A stretch of DNA of 64,000 nt from Trichomonas gallinae (taxonomy: Eukaryota). The stretch spans positions 1-64,000 of the forward strand of contig MRSU01010312.1 in assembly GCA_008369845.1 (NCBI GenBank), in the 5' to 3' direction. Under the pieces are notes generated by a model, which saw only the letters and a program-made list of their open reading frames with translations, did not search any database and was not told where the DNA came from. The position numbers were made by a program, and so were the translations under genes. Position 1 is the stretch's first letter. Each line of letters begins with the position of its first letter. This document shows positions 62,505-64,000 of this stretch, piece by piece.

Positions 62505-64000
62505 ATGTTTCTCTTGAATGCCGCCCATCATGATTGGAAGACCTATTATGGTAATACTAGAATTGACCGAGATATTACCGGAAATGTTAGAGATAAAGAA
62601 ATTTATCTATCTACAAATGAACCTATAGGATTATATGTCCATCAATGTTATATCTACAACGTCAAATATGCTTTTGATATTCGTCCTGATTTTAAGAAAA
62701 CTATGTCTTATGCGAGGAATGTCTTATGCGAGGAATGCAATGTAGTAAAATGTGAATTATTTATTATTGGAAATTTTGGTAATCTAGTCCTTAAAAGAAT
62801 CTGTGGTAATAATTTAATGGATTTTGTTGCTTATTATGGAGAGGAAAATGATAAAAGAGAAATTACCGAATGTTCCGCTCAAAATGATGTAACGAGAATG
62901 TTTTTAACAATTACAAACGGAGAAATTAATATTGATCACCTCAACTGTTCATATTTCAGAACTTGTCAGCGCATATTTTATATTAAAGCAGTAAAGACTT
63001 ATAAATTAGTTAGATATTGTAACTTTGCAGAAAACTTAGTGCAATATGGTATGATAGAATTTAATTCAGAAGCAAAAGGAGGTTTTTTTGTCCTTTATTG
63101 CAACTTTATCGGAAATAATGACTACTATTTTTATTCAAAAGTGTTCGTTGTTAATTCATCGATCTATTTCAGCAATTGCTCCTTTGTTAATAATAAAGGT
63201 CATCCAACATGTTGGGAAGTTAATAAATTCGATTCAGGGCAGAGCAAGCACACCTTAACATTTTTGAATTGTTATTTAAATGAAGCACCTGATAGCACCC
63301 AATGCAACTTGGAAATCATATCTCCTATTCAAACGCCATCAAAGAATGAAATCACTTTTGATCTTGGATTTTGCCAAAGTTGCAAAACAAATTGGTTCAC
63401 AATTAAGGTTGATCCACTTCAATATTCAACATATTCCAGTAATGGAACAATGAGATTATCAGGGGAAGTTAATTCTATGGATAATTATCGTATATGTTAC
63501 GCTATTGATGATAATTACTTTAATTATCTCTTCACTCAAGACGTGCAGGCTGGAGTAACATTTTCGCATGAAATTACACTTCCTCAACTTTCCGAAGGAA
63601 GTCATAAAATAAAGATATGGGCGGCCATAAAATTAACTCAAGTTACAATTACGATGCCTGAATTGTTCTTTGAAGTTGAAAATTTTCCACCATCAATAAC
63701 AGTTCAGTCAATAAGCGGCACATATAACAAACGAACAGATACAGTTATTAAAGTCTCGGGTACTGTTAGAGATCCAGATAGAATGGGTCCGATACAAATT
63801 TGGTACAAATATGATGGTCAATCAAGCGAATCAAAACTTTGTGAGGTTCAAATCGCTGATTCTAATTCAAAATCCTTCAGTGGAAATGCAAACATTCCTT
63901 CTTCACTGACTGTTGGATCACACACATTGATTATTTGGGCAGTCGACAACTATGGACTTCCATCAGGATCTAAAAGTCTTCCATTCCGTATTGATCCCTC
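62505..64000 (+). CDS. Surface protein with beta-helix-like N-terminus and Bap-like Ig repeats; runs off the window end
   Basis: Manual translation from ATG 62505 (MFLLNAAHHDWKTYYG...) is open to the end and contains NFPPSITV...VSGTVRDPD...YKYDG...GSHTLIIWAVDNYG. Not in the ORF track. Confidence 0.8.
   Translation, partial: MFLLNAAHHDWKTYYGNTRIDRDITGNVRDKEIYLSTNEPIGLYVHQCYIYNVKYAFDIRPDFKKTMSYARNVLCEECNVVKCELFIIGNFGNLVLKRICGNNLMDFVAYYGEENDKREITECSAQNDVTRMFLTITNGEINIDHLNCSYFRTCQRIFYIKAVKTYKLVRYCNFAENLVQYGMIEFNSEAKGGFFVLYCNFIGNNDYYFYSKVFVVNSSIYFSNCSFVNNKGHPTCWEVNKFDSGQSKHTLTFLNCYLNEAPDSTQCNLEIISPIQTPSKNEITFDLGFCQSCKTNWFTIKVDPLQYSTYSSNGTMRLSGEVNSMDNYRICYAIDDNYFNYLFTQDVQAGVTFSHEITLPQLSEGSHKIKIWAAIKLTQVTITMPELFFEVENFPPSITVQSISGTYNKRTDTVIKVSGTVRDPDRMGPIQIWYKYDGQSSESKLCEVQIADSNSKSFSGNANIPSSLTVGSHTLIIWAVDNYGLPSGSKSLPFRIDP

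Overview
AT-rich, gene-dense eukaryotic DNA, almost certainly from a trichomonad (Trichomonas-like parabasalid). The assignment rests on near-absence of introns, TCA(C/T)-type initiators next to ATGs, AAAAGTGAC motifs, TAAA stop/poly(A) ends, and BspA-, Bap-, Pmp-like and ankyrin genes. About 35 protein-coding loci are present, mostly housekeeping, trafficking and splicing genes (GDP-mannose pyrophosphorylase, U2AF35, Prp19, Vps29, OCRL-type phosphatase, SLC12 transporter, ArfGAP, DOCK-like GEF, bromodomains). I recognised no rRNA, tRNA, CRISPR or transposase. Most notable: (1) three unrelated surface-protein ORFs are intact to a similar C-terminal hydrophobic tail but have no usable in-frame ATG, and two of them share a 43-nt upstream module; (2) a 25-nt intron, missed by the ORF track, completes a MYCBP-like gene; (3) a recurrent TG(A/T/C)C(A/G)(T/A/C)GTAAA promoter motif and a phased AAAAGTGAC array; (4) ankyrin relics scattered through intergenic DNA; (5) several apparent pseudoenzymes and a divergent NXF1/Mex67-like gene. 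All family calls are by eye from motifs; no searches were run.
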